Positions 17,946-26,471 of a stretch of 64,000 nt of DNA are shown here, in pieces (the first letter of the stretch is position 1; every line of letters begins with the position of its first letter). Under the pieces are notes generated by a model. That model made no database searches and was not told the origin of the DNA. It saw only the letters and a list, made by a program, of their open reading frames with translations. The stretch lies in contig CAVTVE010000005.1 of assembly GCA_963738165.1 (NCBI GenBank), positions 19,585-83,584 of the forward strand. The letters run 5' to 3'. The position numbers and the translations under genes are program-made. The stretch is from an uncultured Acidobacteriota bacterium (GTDB lineage Bacteria > Acidobacteriota > Terriglobia > Terriglobales > Acidobacteriaceae).

Positions 17946-18257
17946 CTATTTGCCGTGTTCCGGCCTTTCGAATCGTAAATGAGCACTTGTAAGTGACTCC
18001 CGAGGGAAGTCAATTCCTGCCTGTTCAAGAGCTGTTACGTCTGCTGCTGAAAGCCGGGGCGGCTCGTATTCTCCCCAATATTCGTAGACTCCAGGAGCAT
18101 TCTGGACATCGAACAAAGCAGTCCTTTTGTAGCTGACGGCAAGCGATTCACCCGGCTTGATGGTTTTCCAATCCTCTGTCCGGCGGTGCTTGAACTCCCC
18201 GGCCGGGTTTTGCTTATTGGGCCGAAAAGTCCGGTTTGACATAAGCGTAAAGTCCAT
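17946..18257 (-). CDS. Hypothetical protein
   Basis: C-terminal 103 codons of ORF 17946-18566, from internal ATG MDFTLMSN. The longer ORF would overlap the topoisomerase start. No family recognised. Confidence 0.35.
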   Translation of the reverse strand: MDFTLMSNRTFRPNKQNPAGEFKHRRTEDWKTIKPGESLAVSYKRTALFDVQNAPGVYEYWGEYEPPRLSAADVTALEQAGIDFPRESLTSAHLRFERPEHGK

Positions 18258-18395
18258 CCCGCACCCGAGTGCTGCTGAAGAAACAATCCAGGAATAGTAC
18301 CAAGCACGAATTCTCAAACCCTCCTGATGTGTAGGTAGCGGCCCATTTCTGGCGCGGCCCCGTTCAATCGGAAGCAGAAGCATTACTATGGAATT

Positions 18396-20810
18396 ATGGC
18401 GGATCTGGAATCCGGTACCATCGCCGTGCTGGCGGAAAAACCTTCGGTGGCACGTGATATCGCCCGGGAGCTGGGTGCGACCAGCCGCGGCGACGGATAC
18501 CTGCACGGCAACCGCTACGTTGTGACGTGGGCCGTGGGGCATCTGGTAAGCCTTGCCCAGCCGCACGAAATCAATCCTGAATGGCGCCGCTGGCAGCGCG
18601 CCCTACTCCCTATGTTGCCCAGCCAGTGGCCACTTGTAGTCTACGAAAAAACTAAGGATCAATTCGAGATCGTAAAGCGAATCCTAAACTCCCCGAAGGT
18701 TTCGCGCGTCGTTTGTGCGACGGATGCCGGCCGCGAAGGGGAATTGATCTTCCGTTATATTTACGAGTCAGTACAGTGTCGAAAGCCGTTTAGCCGCCTA
18801 TGGATTTCTTCGCTCACGCCCGAAGCCATCCGCAAAGGGTTCGCAGCCCTGCGGCCGGGAACTGACTACGACTCGCTAGCGGATGCGGCGCGAGGCCGCA
18901 GCCAGGCAGATTGGCTGGTAGGCATGAACCTATCGCGCGCCTATTCTCTTGCCGACAACGAAAAGCTTTCGGTGGGGCGCGTTCAGACGCCCACGCTGGC
19001 GATGGTGGTCGAGCGTGAACTTGCCATTCGCCAATTCGCGCCCGAAGAGTACCTAGAAATCGTGGCCGATTTTCGCCCAAGTGACCGGTGTCCCACGGGA
19101 GACGCTCAGCAGAATCTCTACCGGGGTACGTGGTTCCGCGCGAAGGTTGGAGAGGGGGCCGACAAAGAATCGCGGCAGAAGGCGATGCGGCTGCCCACGG
19201 ATGGAGAAGAAGCGAAGAAGATTATCGAGCGCGCGCGTGCAGGTCAGGCCGCCATCGAATCAATTCAATCGGAAACGCAGCGCATGGCTCCACCGCTGTT
19301 TTACGATCTAACTGAACTGCAGCGTCATGCCAACCGCCTCTATGGCTTCAGCGCGCAAAAAACGCTGGATGTCGCGCAGGCTCTGTATGAAAGCTACAAG
19401 CTCATCAGCTATCCGCGCACGGACAGCCGACACCTCTCCCAGGATGTAGCGCCCACGCTGCTGGGAATCGTCAAGAACATCCAAGGTCCTTATCGGGAGC
19501 ATCTGGCGCCGGGCCCGGGCGAGCGGGCCTTGGGACGGCGGTTCATTGACGACTCCAAGGTGACCGATCACCACGCCATCATTCCCACCGCAACGTCTGC
19601 AGGGAAGAGTCGCCTGTCGGACGACGAACGTAAGATCTACGATCTGATCTGCCGGCGCCTGCTCAGCGCCTGGCAGGACGACCACATCTGGTCGGTTACA
19701 ACCGTGATCACCGCGATTACAAACAGCGACATCGTCGACCGCTATCATGCATCTGGAACCGCTGTGCAGCAGGCCGGTTGGAAGGTGCTGGACATCGCCG
19801 TCGAGAAGAAGGCGAAGCGGGGGCAGGGAAGCGGCGAGGACGAGCGGGAGGAACAGGTCTTGCCGCCGGGTTTGGCCAAGAGCCAGCCGCAGGAGGTGAT
19901 CGACGTTGAAGCCTTGAAAAAGAAGACCCGGGCACCCAAGCGGTACACCGAAGGAACGCTGCTCACGGCCATGGAAACAGCTGGGAAGACTCTTGACGAG
20001 GAAGAACTAGCGAATGCCATGAAGGAAACCGGTCTGGGGACGCCTGCGACTCGGGCGTCCATCATCGAGGTTCTACTCAACCGTGATTACATTGTGCGGC
20101 GAGGAAAGACACTCGAAGCCACGGACAAGGGCATCCGGCTTATCGAGGTGGTTCACCCTGAGGTGAAGAGCCCCGCTATGACCGGTCAGTGGGAAGCATA
20201 TCTCAAGAGGATCCAGCGCGGGGAGGCTCAATTGGGGCTATTCCTGAAAGGCATTGAAGATTACGTGACGGCAGTGGTGGGCAAGGTTGGTCAGGTGCCG
20301 CCTGCCGGGAAGGTACCGGCGCAAGTTGTGGCTCCATCGACAGAGGTTGTGGTTCCAAATCCACGAAGCGTTCACTGCACTCTGGACACGTCCACTGGCG
20401 AGCCGTTGCCAATAGGCGACCTGAATAGTCTCCTGCACAAAGCTTTCGGTTTTTCCTCTTTCCGGTCGAACCAGGAAGCCGTCTGCCGGGCGGCCATCGA
20501 AGGTCGGGACGTGTTGCTGGTGATGCCTACAGGGTCGGGCAAGTCGCTATGCTATCAATTGCCGGGCATCGCGCGCGGCGGTACGACGCTGGTGATCAGC
20601 CCGTTGATTGCCTTAATGGAGGATCAGGTAGCGAAGCTCAAGGCGCAAGGCTTTGCCGTTGACCGCATTCACTCGGGCCGTCCGCGCGCTGAGTCGCGGC
20701 AGGCTTGGTCGATTACCTCAGTGGCAAGACGCAGTTCCTTTTCATTGCGCCGGAGCGGTTGCGGGTGGCCGGTTTCCCGGAGATGTTGGCCAAACGACTG
20801 CCATCCCTGA
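18396..20810 (+). CDS. DNA topoisomerase III (type IA) fused in frame to the N-terminal part of a RecQ helicase; reading frame lost near 20700
   Basis: Topoisomerase part: TOPRIM IAVLAEKPSVARDIARELG and VVCATDAGREGELIFRYIY; active-site Tyr region LISYPRTDSRHLS; GTPATRASIIEVLLNRDYI. From nt 20421, with no intervening stop, come RecQ motifs: LLHKAFGFSSFRSNQ (motif 0), VMPTGSGKSLCYQLP (Walker A), TLVISPLIALMEDQV (Ia). The last ~35 codons (WSITSVARRSSF...) are out-of-frame read-through. Confidence 0.85.
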   Translation: MADLESGTIAVLAEKPSVARDIARELGATSRGDGYLHGNRYVVTWAVGHLVSLAQPHEINPEWRRWQRALLPMLPSQWPLVVYEKTKDQFEIVKRILNSPKVSRVVCATDAGREGELIFRYIYESVQCRKPFSRLWISSLTPEAIRKGFAALRPGTDYDSLADAARGRSQADWLVGMNLSRAYSLADNEKLSVGRVQTPTLAMVVERELAIRQFAPEEYLEIVADFRPSDRCPTGDAQQNLYRGTWFRAKVGEGADKESRQKAMRLPTDGEEAKKIIERARAGQAAIESIQSETQRMAPPLFYDLTELQRHANRLYGFSAQKTLDVAQALYESYKLISYPRTDSRHLSQDVAPTLLGIVKNIQGPYREHLAPGPGERALGRRFIDDSKVTDHHAIIPTATSAGKSRLSDDERKIYDLICRRLLSAWQDDHIWSVTTVITAITNSDIVDRYHASGTAVQQAGWKVLDIAVEKKAKRGQGSGEDEREEQVLPPGLAKSQPQEVIDVEALKKKTRAPKRYTEGTLLTAMETAGKTLDEEELANAMKETGLGTPATRASIIEVLLNRDYIVRRGKTLEATDKGIRLIEVVHPEVKSPAMTGQWEAYLKRIQRGEAQLGLFLKGIEDYVTAVVGKVGQVPPAGKVPAQVVAPSTEVVVPNPRSVHCTLDTSTGEPLPIGDLNSLLHKAFGFSSFRSNQEAVCRAAIEGRDVLLVMPTGSGKSLCYQLPGIARGGTTLVISPLIALMEDQVAKLKAQGFAVDRIHSGRPRAESRQAWSITSVARRSSFSLRRSGCGWPVSRRCWPNDCHP

Positions 20811-22471
20811 TTGCCATTGACGAGGCGCACTGCATCTCGCAATGGGGGCACGATTTCCGGCCGGATTACCGCATGCTGGGTCAGTACCTGCCCCGCTTTC
20901 GTCCGGCGCCGGTCATAGCGCTGACTGCTACTGCAACGCCAGTTGTTCAAAATGACATCGTCGAGCAGTTGGGGCTGGCGCAGACAAACCGCTTCGTTCA
21001 TGGCTTTCGCCGCGCCAACATTGCAATTGAGGTTGTCGAAATCGCGCCTTCCCAGCGGGCTGAGCTCGCCGGCGAACTGTTGCAAGAGGCGAAACGTAGG
21101 CCGGCAATCGTCTACACACCCACGCGAAAGCACGCTGAAAGTCTTGCCGCTGAACTTGCCATCCACTTTGCTGCCGCTGCCTATCACGCTGGGATCGATG
21201 CCGGACGCCGCCAGCAAGTTCAAGAAGAATTTCAAAAAGGTCGGATACAGGTGATGGTGGCAACGATTGCCTTTGGCATGGGAATCGATAAGGCTGACGT
21301 CCGTACCGTGATCCACACTGCTTTGCCGGGAAGCCTCGAAGCGTACTACCAGGAAATCGGACGCGCCGGACGTGACGGTGCGCCCAGCCGCGCGATCCTG
21401 ATGCACTCCTATGCCGATCGCTACACCCACAAATTCTTCTACGAGCGCGACTATCCAGACGTGACTGTGCTGGAGGCGATCTTTACCCAGCTCCGGGCCG
21501 AGCCAAATGAAAAGGCGTCCTTAATCAGCAAGCTCCGGATGGATGAAGAGGTGTTCGACAAGGCCCTTGAAAAGCTCTGGATCCATGGCGGCGCCGTGGT
21601 GGACTCCGCCGAGAACGCGAGCCGGGGCCACGACCAGTGGCGCGAATCCTATGTCGCCCAGGGTGAGCAGAAGCGGGCACAGATCGAGCAGATGATGCGT
21701 TATGCGGAGAGCAATTTGTGCCGCATGGCCACCCTGGTACGCCACTTCGGCGACATTGCTGACGGAGATAAGCGGTGCGGGATATGCGATTTCTGCGCTC
21801 CCGGTCAGTGCGCCGCGCAGCGGTTCCGTACCGCGACAGAGGCGGAGCACAAGGCGCTCCTACGTGTGGTAGCCATGTTGCGCTCGGGTGGCGCGAAATC
21901 AACCGGCAAGCTGTTCGCAGAACTGTGTCCCAACGCCGAGATGAGCCGCGACGCATTCGAAGAAGTACTCGGCGCCATGGCGCGTGCAGGACTTCTGCAA
22001 CTCTCAGACGAGGCCTTTCAAAAAGATGGGAAACAGATTCCGTACCGTAAGGCCAGTCTTACGCACACCGGGCAGACCGTGGATGAAAAGACGCCGGTCG
22101 CATTCGTCATGAAGGACATTGCGCCCCCACCTGGCAAGCGGAAAAGGAAGAAGACGCCTACTGTCTCTAGTCGGAAGCGGGCATCGAATCCTGAAATAGC
22201 GGCGGGACCGGGGAAATTGGCGAATACGAAGAGGGCTGAAGCTGAGATGGATATCCGCCTCGAAGCGGCGCTGCGCGACTGGCGTCTGGTCGAAGCCCGG
22301 CGGCGTGGCGTGCCAGCGTTTCGGATATTGAGCGACCGCACACTGAGGGCTCTGGCTACCAGCCACCCTGTAAAAACCGAGGACCTACTCTCCGTCCCGG
22401 GAATTGGGTCCAGTACCGTCGCGAAATATGGAACGAATATCTGCCGCGTGCTCCGCGAAAACCGTGGCTAG
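20705..22471 (+). CDS. recQ: RecQ helicase, continuation (motifs II-VI, Zn-binding, RQC, HRDC)
   Basis: VDYLSGKTQFLFIAPERL, then DEAH box LIAIDEAHCISQWGHDFRPDYRML, ALTATAT, VMVATIAFGMGIDKADVRTVIH, YYQEIGRAGRDG. Zn cluster CRMATLVRHFGD...RCGICDFC. C-terminal HRDC is LRDWRLVEARRRGVPAFRILSDRTLRALA. The frame is offset by one nt from the upstream RecQ N-terminus, so as written it lacks Walker A. Confidence 0.85.
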   Translation: MVDYLSGKTQFLFIAPERLRVAGFPEMLAKRLPSLIAIDEAHCISQWGHDFRPDYRMLGQYLPRFRPAPVIALTATATPVVQNDIVEQLGLAQTNRFVHGFRRANIAIEVVEIAPSQRAELAGELLQEAKRRPAIVYTPTRKHAESLAAELAIHFAAAAYHAGIDAGRRQQVQEEFQKGRIQVMVATIAFGMGIDKADVRTVIHTALPGSLEAYYQEIGRAGRDGAPSRAILMHSYADRYTHKFFYERDYPDVTVLEAIFTQLRAEPNEKASLISKLRMDEEVFDKALEKLWIHGGAVVDSAENASRGHDQWRESYVAQGEQKRAQIEQMMRYAESNLCRMATLVRHFGDIADGDKRCGICDFCAPGQCAAQRFRTATEAEHKALLRVVAMLRSGGAKSTGKLFAELCPNAEMSRDAFEEVLGAMARAGLLQLSDEAFQKDGKQIPYRKASLTHTGQTVDEKTPVAFVMKDIAPPPGKRKRKKTPTVSSRKRASNPEIAAGPGKLANTKRAEAEMDIRLEAALRDWRLVEARRRGVPAFRILSDRTLRALATSHPVKTEDLLSVPGIGSSTVAKYGTNICRVLRENRG

Positions 22472-22535
22472 AAGGTGAAACATGGATTCCGCATTAGATG
22501 TAATCACTTGTACAACCTCCAATGGAGACCACCAA

Positions 22536-22772
22536 ATGACCGAACCGAGCTACGAAGAATTGAAAGCACAACTCGCTGCGCTCAAAGCTAAGGAAGCACG
22601 TAGCGGTACCATGAGCTTCAAAGTGTCCGACAAGGGCGGTGTCAGCGTGTACGGCCTTGGCCGCTTCCCGGTCACCTTGTATTACGAGCAGTGGATAAAG
22701 CTTCTGGATAGAGCGCAGGACTTACGCGAGTTTCTTGAGGCGAACAAAGACAAGCTAAAACTGAAGGAGTAG
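22536..22772 (+). CDS. Hypothetical small protein (78 aa)
   Basis: Internal ATG of ORF 22482-22772, preceded by GGAG. Coiled-coil-like N-terminus EELKAQLAALKAKEA, then SFKVSDKGGVSVYGLGRFPVTLYYEQW. No family named with confidence. Confidence 0.55.
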   Translation: MTEPSYEELKAQLAALKAKEARSGTMSFKVSDKGGVSVYGLGRFPVTLYYEQWIKLLDRAQDLREFLEANKDKLKLKE

Positions 22773-22866
22773 TACGGCAGTTCGCTGTCATGTCCAGCTA
22801 CATGCGTTAGAATCATCTGCAATTCAAGAAATCGGGTGTGAAGCCCACGAGGGAGAACATTACTAA

Positions 22867-23181
22867 ATGGCTACTACAACCATGACAAAGACGCAGGTGA
22901 TTCGCCTGCTAGCGGAAAAAAGCGAAATCACAAACAAGCAGGCGGCAACATTTCTGGACAATCTGGCTGAACTAGCCGTGACTCAGGCTAAGAAAACTGG
23001 GGTGTTTGTGGTGCCTGGTCTGGGCCGCCTGAAGAAGGTTCAGCGTGCAGCACGGACTGGTCGCAATCCGCAGACTGGCGAGGCCATCAAGATTAAGGCC
23101 AAGACCACGGCAAAGTTCTATGTTGCAAAAGCGGTGAAGGACGCCATTGCACCCGTGAAAGCAGCAACCGCGAAGAAGTAA
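22867..23181 (+). CDS. HU/IHF-family DNA-binding protein with short Lys/Ala tail
   Basis: VVPGLGRLKKVQRAARTGRNPQTGEAIKIKAKTTAKFYVAKAVKD matches the HU beta-arm signature (R-x-G-R-N-P-x-T-G). Confidence 0.9.
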   Translation: MATTTMTKTQVIRLLAEKSEITNKQAATFLDNLAELAVTQAKKTGVFVVPGLGRLKKVQRAARTGRNPQTGEAIKIKAKTTAKFYVAKAVKDAIAPVKAATAKK

Positions 23182-23207
23182 CTCCAGACAACCTGTGAGC
23201 TGGGATT

Positions 23208-23235
23208 GGCCGGCTGGCAACGTCGGCCTTTTCTT
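23208..23235 (+). terminator. Probable rho-independent terminator after the HU gene
   Basis: GGCCGGC-TGGCAAC-GTCGGCC (7-bp stem including one G-U pair), followed by TTTTCTT. Confidence 0.5.
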
Positions 23236-23304
23236 ATTGCGCTAAAAACGGAACCGCACTGATTATTGTGTAGCGACCATAGCACTGCTACCATCCACGA
23301 TAGA

Positions 23305-23745
23305 ATGAGTAAAGCCCATATGGATACTGCACAATTCCTCACTGACCTTCGCGTCCAGCGCGACCGCATAGACCAAGCTATCGCCGCACTTGAAGCCCTG
23401 AGCGGAGCTATTGTCTCCTCAGCCAAAACTGCTACCAAAACTATCTCACCTGCACTCGGAACCAAGCCGAGCGCCGCAAAGCGCGTCATTAGTTCTGAAG
23501 CACGCCAGCGAATGGCCGAGGCGCAGCAGAAACGGTGGGCAAAGAAGAAGAGGGCTGTGAAGGCTGCTTCCAAGAAAGCGGCAGCTGTGGCTCCGAAGAC
23601 AGTGAAGTCAGCCAAGGCTTCTCCAGTTGCCTCTCCCGCTGCAAAGGGAGCGCGGAATCCTATGAGTGAGTCTACGAAAAAGAAGTTGGCGGCGGCGGCG
23701 AAGGCGCGTTGGGCGGCCAAGAAATCTGCTGCGAAGGCGGCGTAG
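23305..23745 (+). CDS. Lys/Ala-rich histone H1-like (nucleoid-associated?) protein
   Basis: ORF 23266-23745; the start is uncertain (ATG 23305 or 23320). The C-terminal two-thirds are AKK/KKA-rich low complexity (KRWAKKKRAVKAASKKAAAVAPKTVKSAKA...AAKARWAAKKSAAKAA). Confidence 0.6.
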   Translation: MSKAHMDTAQFLTDLRVQRDRIDQAIAALEALSGAIVSSAKTATKTISPALGTKPSAAKRVISSEARQRMAEAQQKRWAKKKRAVKAASKKAAAVAPKTVKSAKASPVASPAAKGARNPMSESTKKKLAAAAKARWAAKKSAAKAA

Positions 23746-24018
23746 ACTGCTGCCATCGTTGCAGTCGCATCAGAAGCCGCATGATGACAAAGCCGGGATC
23801 ACACCCCAGCATCTGTCGGCAGTCGCACGGGAAGCCAAGGCACTTAGGCCTTGGCTTCTCCTGTTGGCTCATCGAGGAATATCCACGCCGGAAAGGTTGT
23901 CCCACCTGCGCGGGCAACCTGGAGTATCCCACATCACTCAGGACGAGATGCGGTCAATTACAAGGCATTTACACACGCGGCATCGGTCGAACATCTCGTT
24001 CCGGCCTTCGACCCATTC

Positions 24019-24480
24019 TTACATCAACCCAGATTTTTCGGCCCAATAGGCCTCGCCAACCGAAACCTCGGGAATGATGCTATGAATCGCTTCGGCGCGA
24101 AGGTAGTCCTCTCCTTCGGTGCCAGGTGTGCCTACCATTATCCACACCAGGAAAGCGCCACAGATCACCAAGATGGCTTTATAAAACAGCAAAAAGACGA
24201 CTACAGCCGCGACGATAATCCCCAGGGCGATCAGACCATGCCCAAGGTTTCCTATCGCCAGATGAATCAACCAGGTGGCGACGACGGCTATGATCGGAAG
24301 AAGCAACGTAATACCGACAGGGACTTGATCGAATCCCCAGAATTGGAGTATCGCGCTATCAGCGCCCACGCCGACAAGAAAAGCCATAGTAAGCAAGAAT
24401 GCCCGGAAATTCGTCAATTTGAGATGAATAAGAATCAGAACGACAGCAGCAGTGAGAGCAATGTGAGAGCTTGTTTGCAT
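24019..24480 (-). CDS. Hypothetical integral membrane protein
   Basis: 153 aa with 4-5 hydrophobic helices (for example VGITLLLPIIAVVATWLIHLAIG and GIIVAAVVVFLLFY). Confidence 0.6.
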   Translation of the reverse strand: MQTSSHIALTAAVVLILIHLKLTNFRAFLLTMAFLVGVGADSAILQFWGFDQVPVGITLLLPIIAVVATWLIHLAIGNLGHGLIALGIIVAAVVVFLLFYKAILVICGAFLVWIMVGTPGTEGEDYLRAEAIHSIIPEVSVGEAYWAEKSGLM

Positions 24481-24717
24481 TCCGTAAATTCCTTTCTGTG
24501 AAGTTGATGTTCAGTTCGATTAGGAGAAATGCTGAACATTTATAAGCGGAACGCTTCCTAGATATGCTGAACCCGCATGGTAGCCTGCAGCCGGCGCGTT
24601 TCGCTCATCCTTTCCTCAAACGTCTCCGAGGGCTACACGGCACTCTGGGAACGTAAGCGCCTCGATCTAACAGTTGAGGCCGCGATCCACGACAACCCTG
24701 AGTGGCAGTCGCTATTT

Positions 24718-24900
24718 TCAGCGGACAAATTGATCTTCTGTGAAAAGCGCCTGACGGATTTCCAGTATTTTTCGTGACGCTTCGCGTACTCCTGGACGAT
24801 TTGGAATCTGCGCTGCCGACCAAGAGCGCAAGTCGTAAAGTTGACTTTCTGGATGCTGATCGAGGGTGGAAACAGTCAGATAGAGTGCAGCTCGCTTCAT
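24718..24900 (-). pseudogene. Serine recombinase (resolvase/invertase) N-terminal remnant
   Basis: MKRAALYLTVSTLDQHPESQLYDLR matches the resolvase catalytic-Ser N-terminus (YxRVSTxxQ). Similarity is lost after about 45 codons and the ORF stops at 60 aa. Confidence 0.6.
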
Positions 24901-25307
24901 ATTAGGAAGGTTCTTTCATCAGAGATGGAATGGAATACGGCGAGGCGCTGGACTGCAAAAAGTGAACGATTGAGATGGTGATTGAACCAGACTCGGTAAT
25001 TTCAATCACGATTGAACTGATTGAGTAGCTAGCTGCTGAAACCTTGATCTCTGCTTTCTTCGGGTTTACTGAACCGAAGCAAACGCACAAGTTCTGGCGA
25101 GATAGGTTCAGCCGCAGTTGTAGCGAGATCGTCCTCTGCGGTTGGAGCAGAACGCGCCGCGCCAAACATACGGATGAGCGTAATCATCTTGAGAATGCGA
25201 TCGGACGCAATCATGAAGGCCTCACGAAACTGACTGGGTTTGTGAACAGCATCGTCTATGCGCGGAAGCTTCGAGCGAATCGGCATAGAAGTAAACCAAT
25301 GATTTGG

Positions 25308-25733
25308 TTAGCTCTGCGGTGGATTTACAGCTTTGATCGCCGGTGTGCGATTGCGTTGCTGAGTCTGGAACTGCGCCAAGTACTTCCGCAAATCGCTAAG
25401 CCGTTGCTTGTATTTACGAATCGTGATTTCCCGGGGGTTGTGGAGGTTGGCGAGTGCTGCTTCGGCGCGCGCAATCCTGCGTTCGCACCGTGCCAGTCTC
25501 CAAACCAAGTCATGCGCAAGTTTCGGTTGATTCGTCTTCACGTTTTGTTGCCGCCTAAGCGCACGGTTGTGCCAACGCTGATGCCCGACATGCAACGCGT
25601 CGCAATATGAACATGGATAGATCACGACGGTTTCGTTCTCAGGAAGATTGGCTGCATGCCGCAGCGCTGATAGAGAGTCGAAGTGGCAGATTTTGCGGCC
25701 GCACTCTGCCCATCTGGTTGATCGGAATTTCAT
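25308..25733 (-). CDS. Hypothetical Cys/His-containing protein
   Basis: Probable start MKFRSTRW within ORF 25308-25874. CGRKICH...YPCSYCDALHVGH suggests a small metal-binding module, with a basic helical C-terminus. No family recognised. Confidence 0.4.
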   Translation of the reverse strand: MKFRSTRWAECGRKICHFDSLSALRHAANLPENETVVIYPCSYCDALHVGHQRWHNRALRRQQNVKTNQPKLAHDLVWRLARCERRIARAEAALANLHNPREITIRKYKQRLSDLRKYLAQFQTQQRNRTPAIKAVNPPQS

Positions 25734-25828
25734 CTGAGAATCCTCTGGAAGAGGCATGGCCGGTCGAAAATTGGGTTGGCACGTCAGCTCCGACCAGCCT
25801 GAAGAGAAGAATTGAAAGCTCGGGAAAA

Positions 25829-26116
25829 CTACTTCGCAGGACATCCGCGTTTGCAAGATCCACACTTGGCACACCGATACCAGTCACAGGAGGGACATTT
25901 CGGGGTGGATGGATTGTCGCTTGCGACGGGTTTATGGCAATTCCAACAAACGCTTTTGTAGGCGGACACGCCTTTTTCAATTTCCAGGACGAGATCGTGC
26001 AAGGAGTCTGCGCTGTTATCGTCGATAGTAGCGAAGTCTGACTCGCCACAGGAGGGGCAAACAGGCTGTGACTCGTTGCATTCGTCGAATTCCCAACCAC
26101 AATGTGAACAGTACAT
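25829..26116 (-). CDS. Hypothetical multi-zinc-ribbon protein
   Basis: 95 aa with CxxC pairs: CSHC...CPSC, CWNC...CPSC, CAKC. Confidence 0.5.
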   Translation of the reverse strand: MYCSHCGWEFDECNESQPVCPSCGESDFATIDDNSADSLHDLVLEIEKGVSAYKSVCWNCHKPVASDNPSTPKCPSCDWYRCAKCGSCKRGCPAK

Positions 26117-26471
26117 TCGGAGTTTCCTTTCAGGCTTTATGGATTGAACGGCAATAGCAAGGTTTCCTGGACGACATCTTGCGGGTCAAACGAGGAGGTG
26201 AGGCGCAATGGCAAGGAAGGCTGGAAGCCTCTTCACGTTGGGAGGAGGCAGAGTCTCTAGCTCAAACGACGGGCCGGGAAGCTCAAGATCGGAGCTGCCA
26301 ACGCCTATTGAAATGACGAGAGGAGAGCCGTGGCTTTCGCAGCGTTGTAGCGCGATTTAGAAAACGCGCACTATTTTTCTTCAGTTGTTTGGTATTTAAG
26401 ATGGCCCCATCCAGAATCGGAGCGCCTTTGACCGAAGTGGGTTAAAGTTCGTGATTCGTAAACGCTGGCCG

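Noticed and set aside
20685-20715. Programmed ribosomal frameshift at the RecQ frame break
   Set aside because: There is no slippery heptamer or homopolymer at the site (…CGG CAG GCT TGG TCG…), and no obvious downstream stimulatory structure. A mutation or sequencing error is more parsimonious.
24577-24777. 66-aa plus-strand ORF overlapping the resolvase remnant
   Set aside because: It overlaps the decayed recombinase on the opposite strand. It has no RBS that I could see and no recognisable family.
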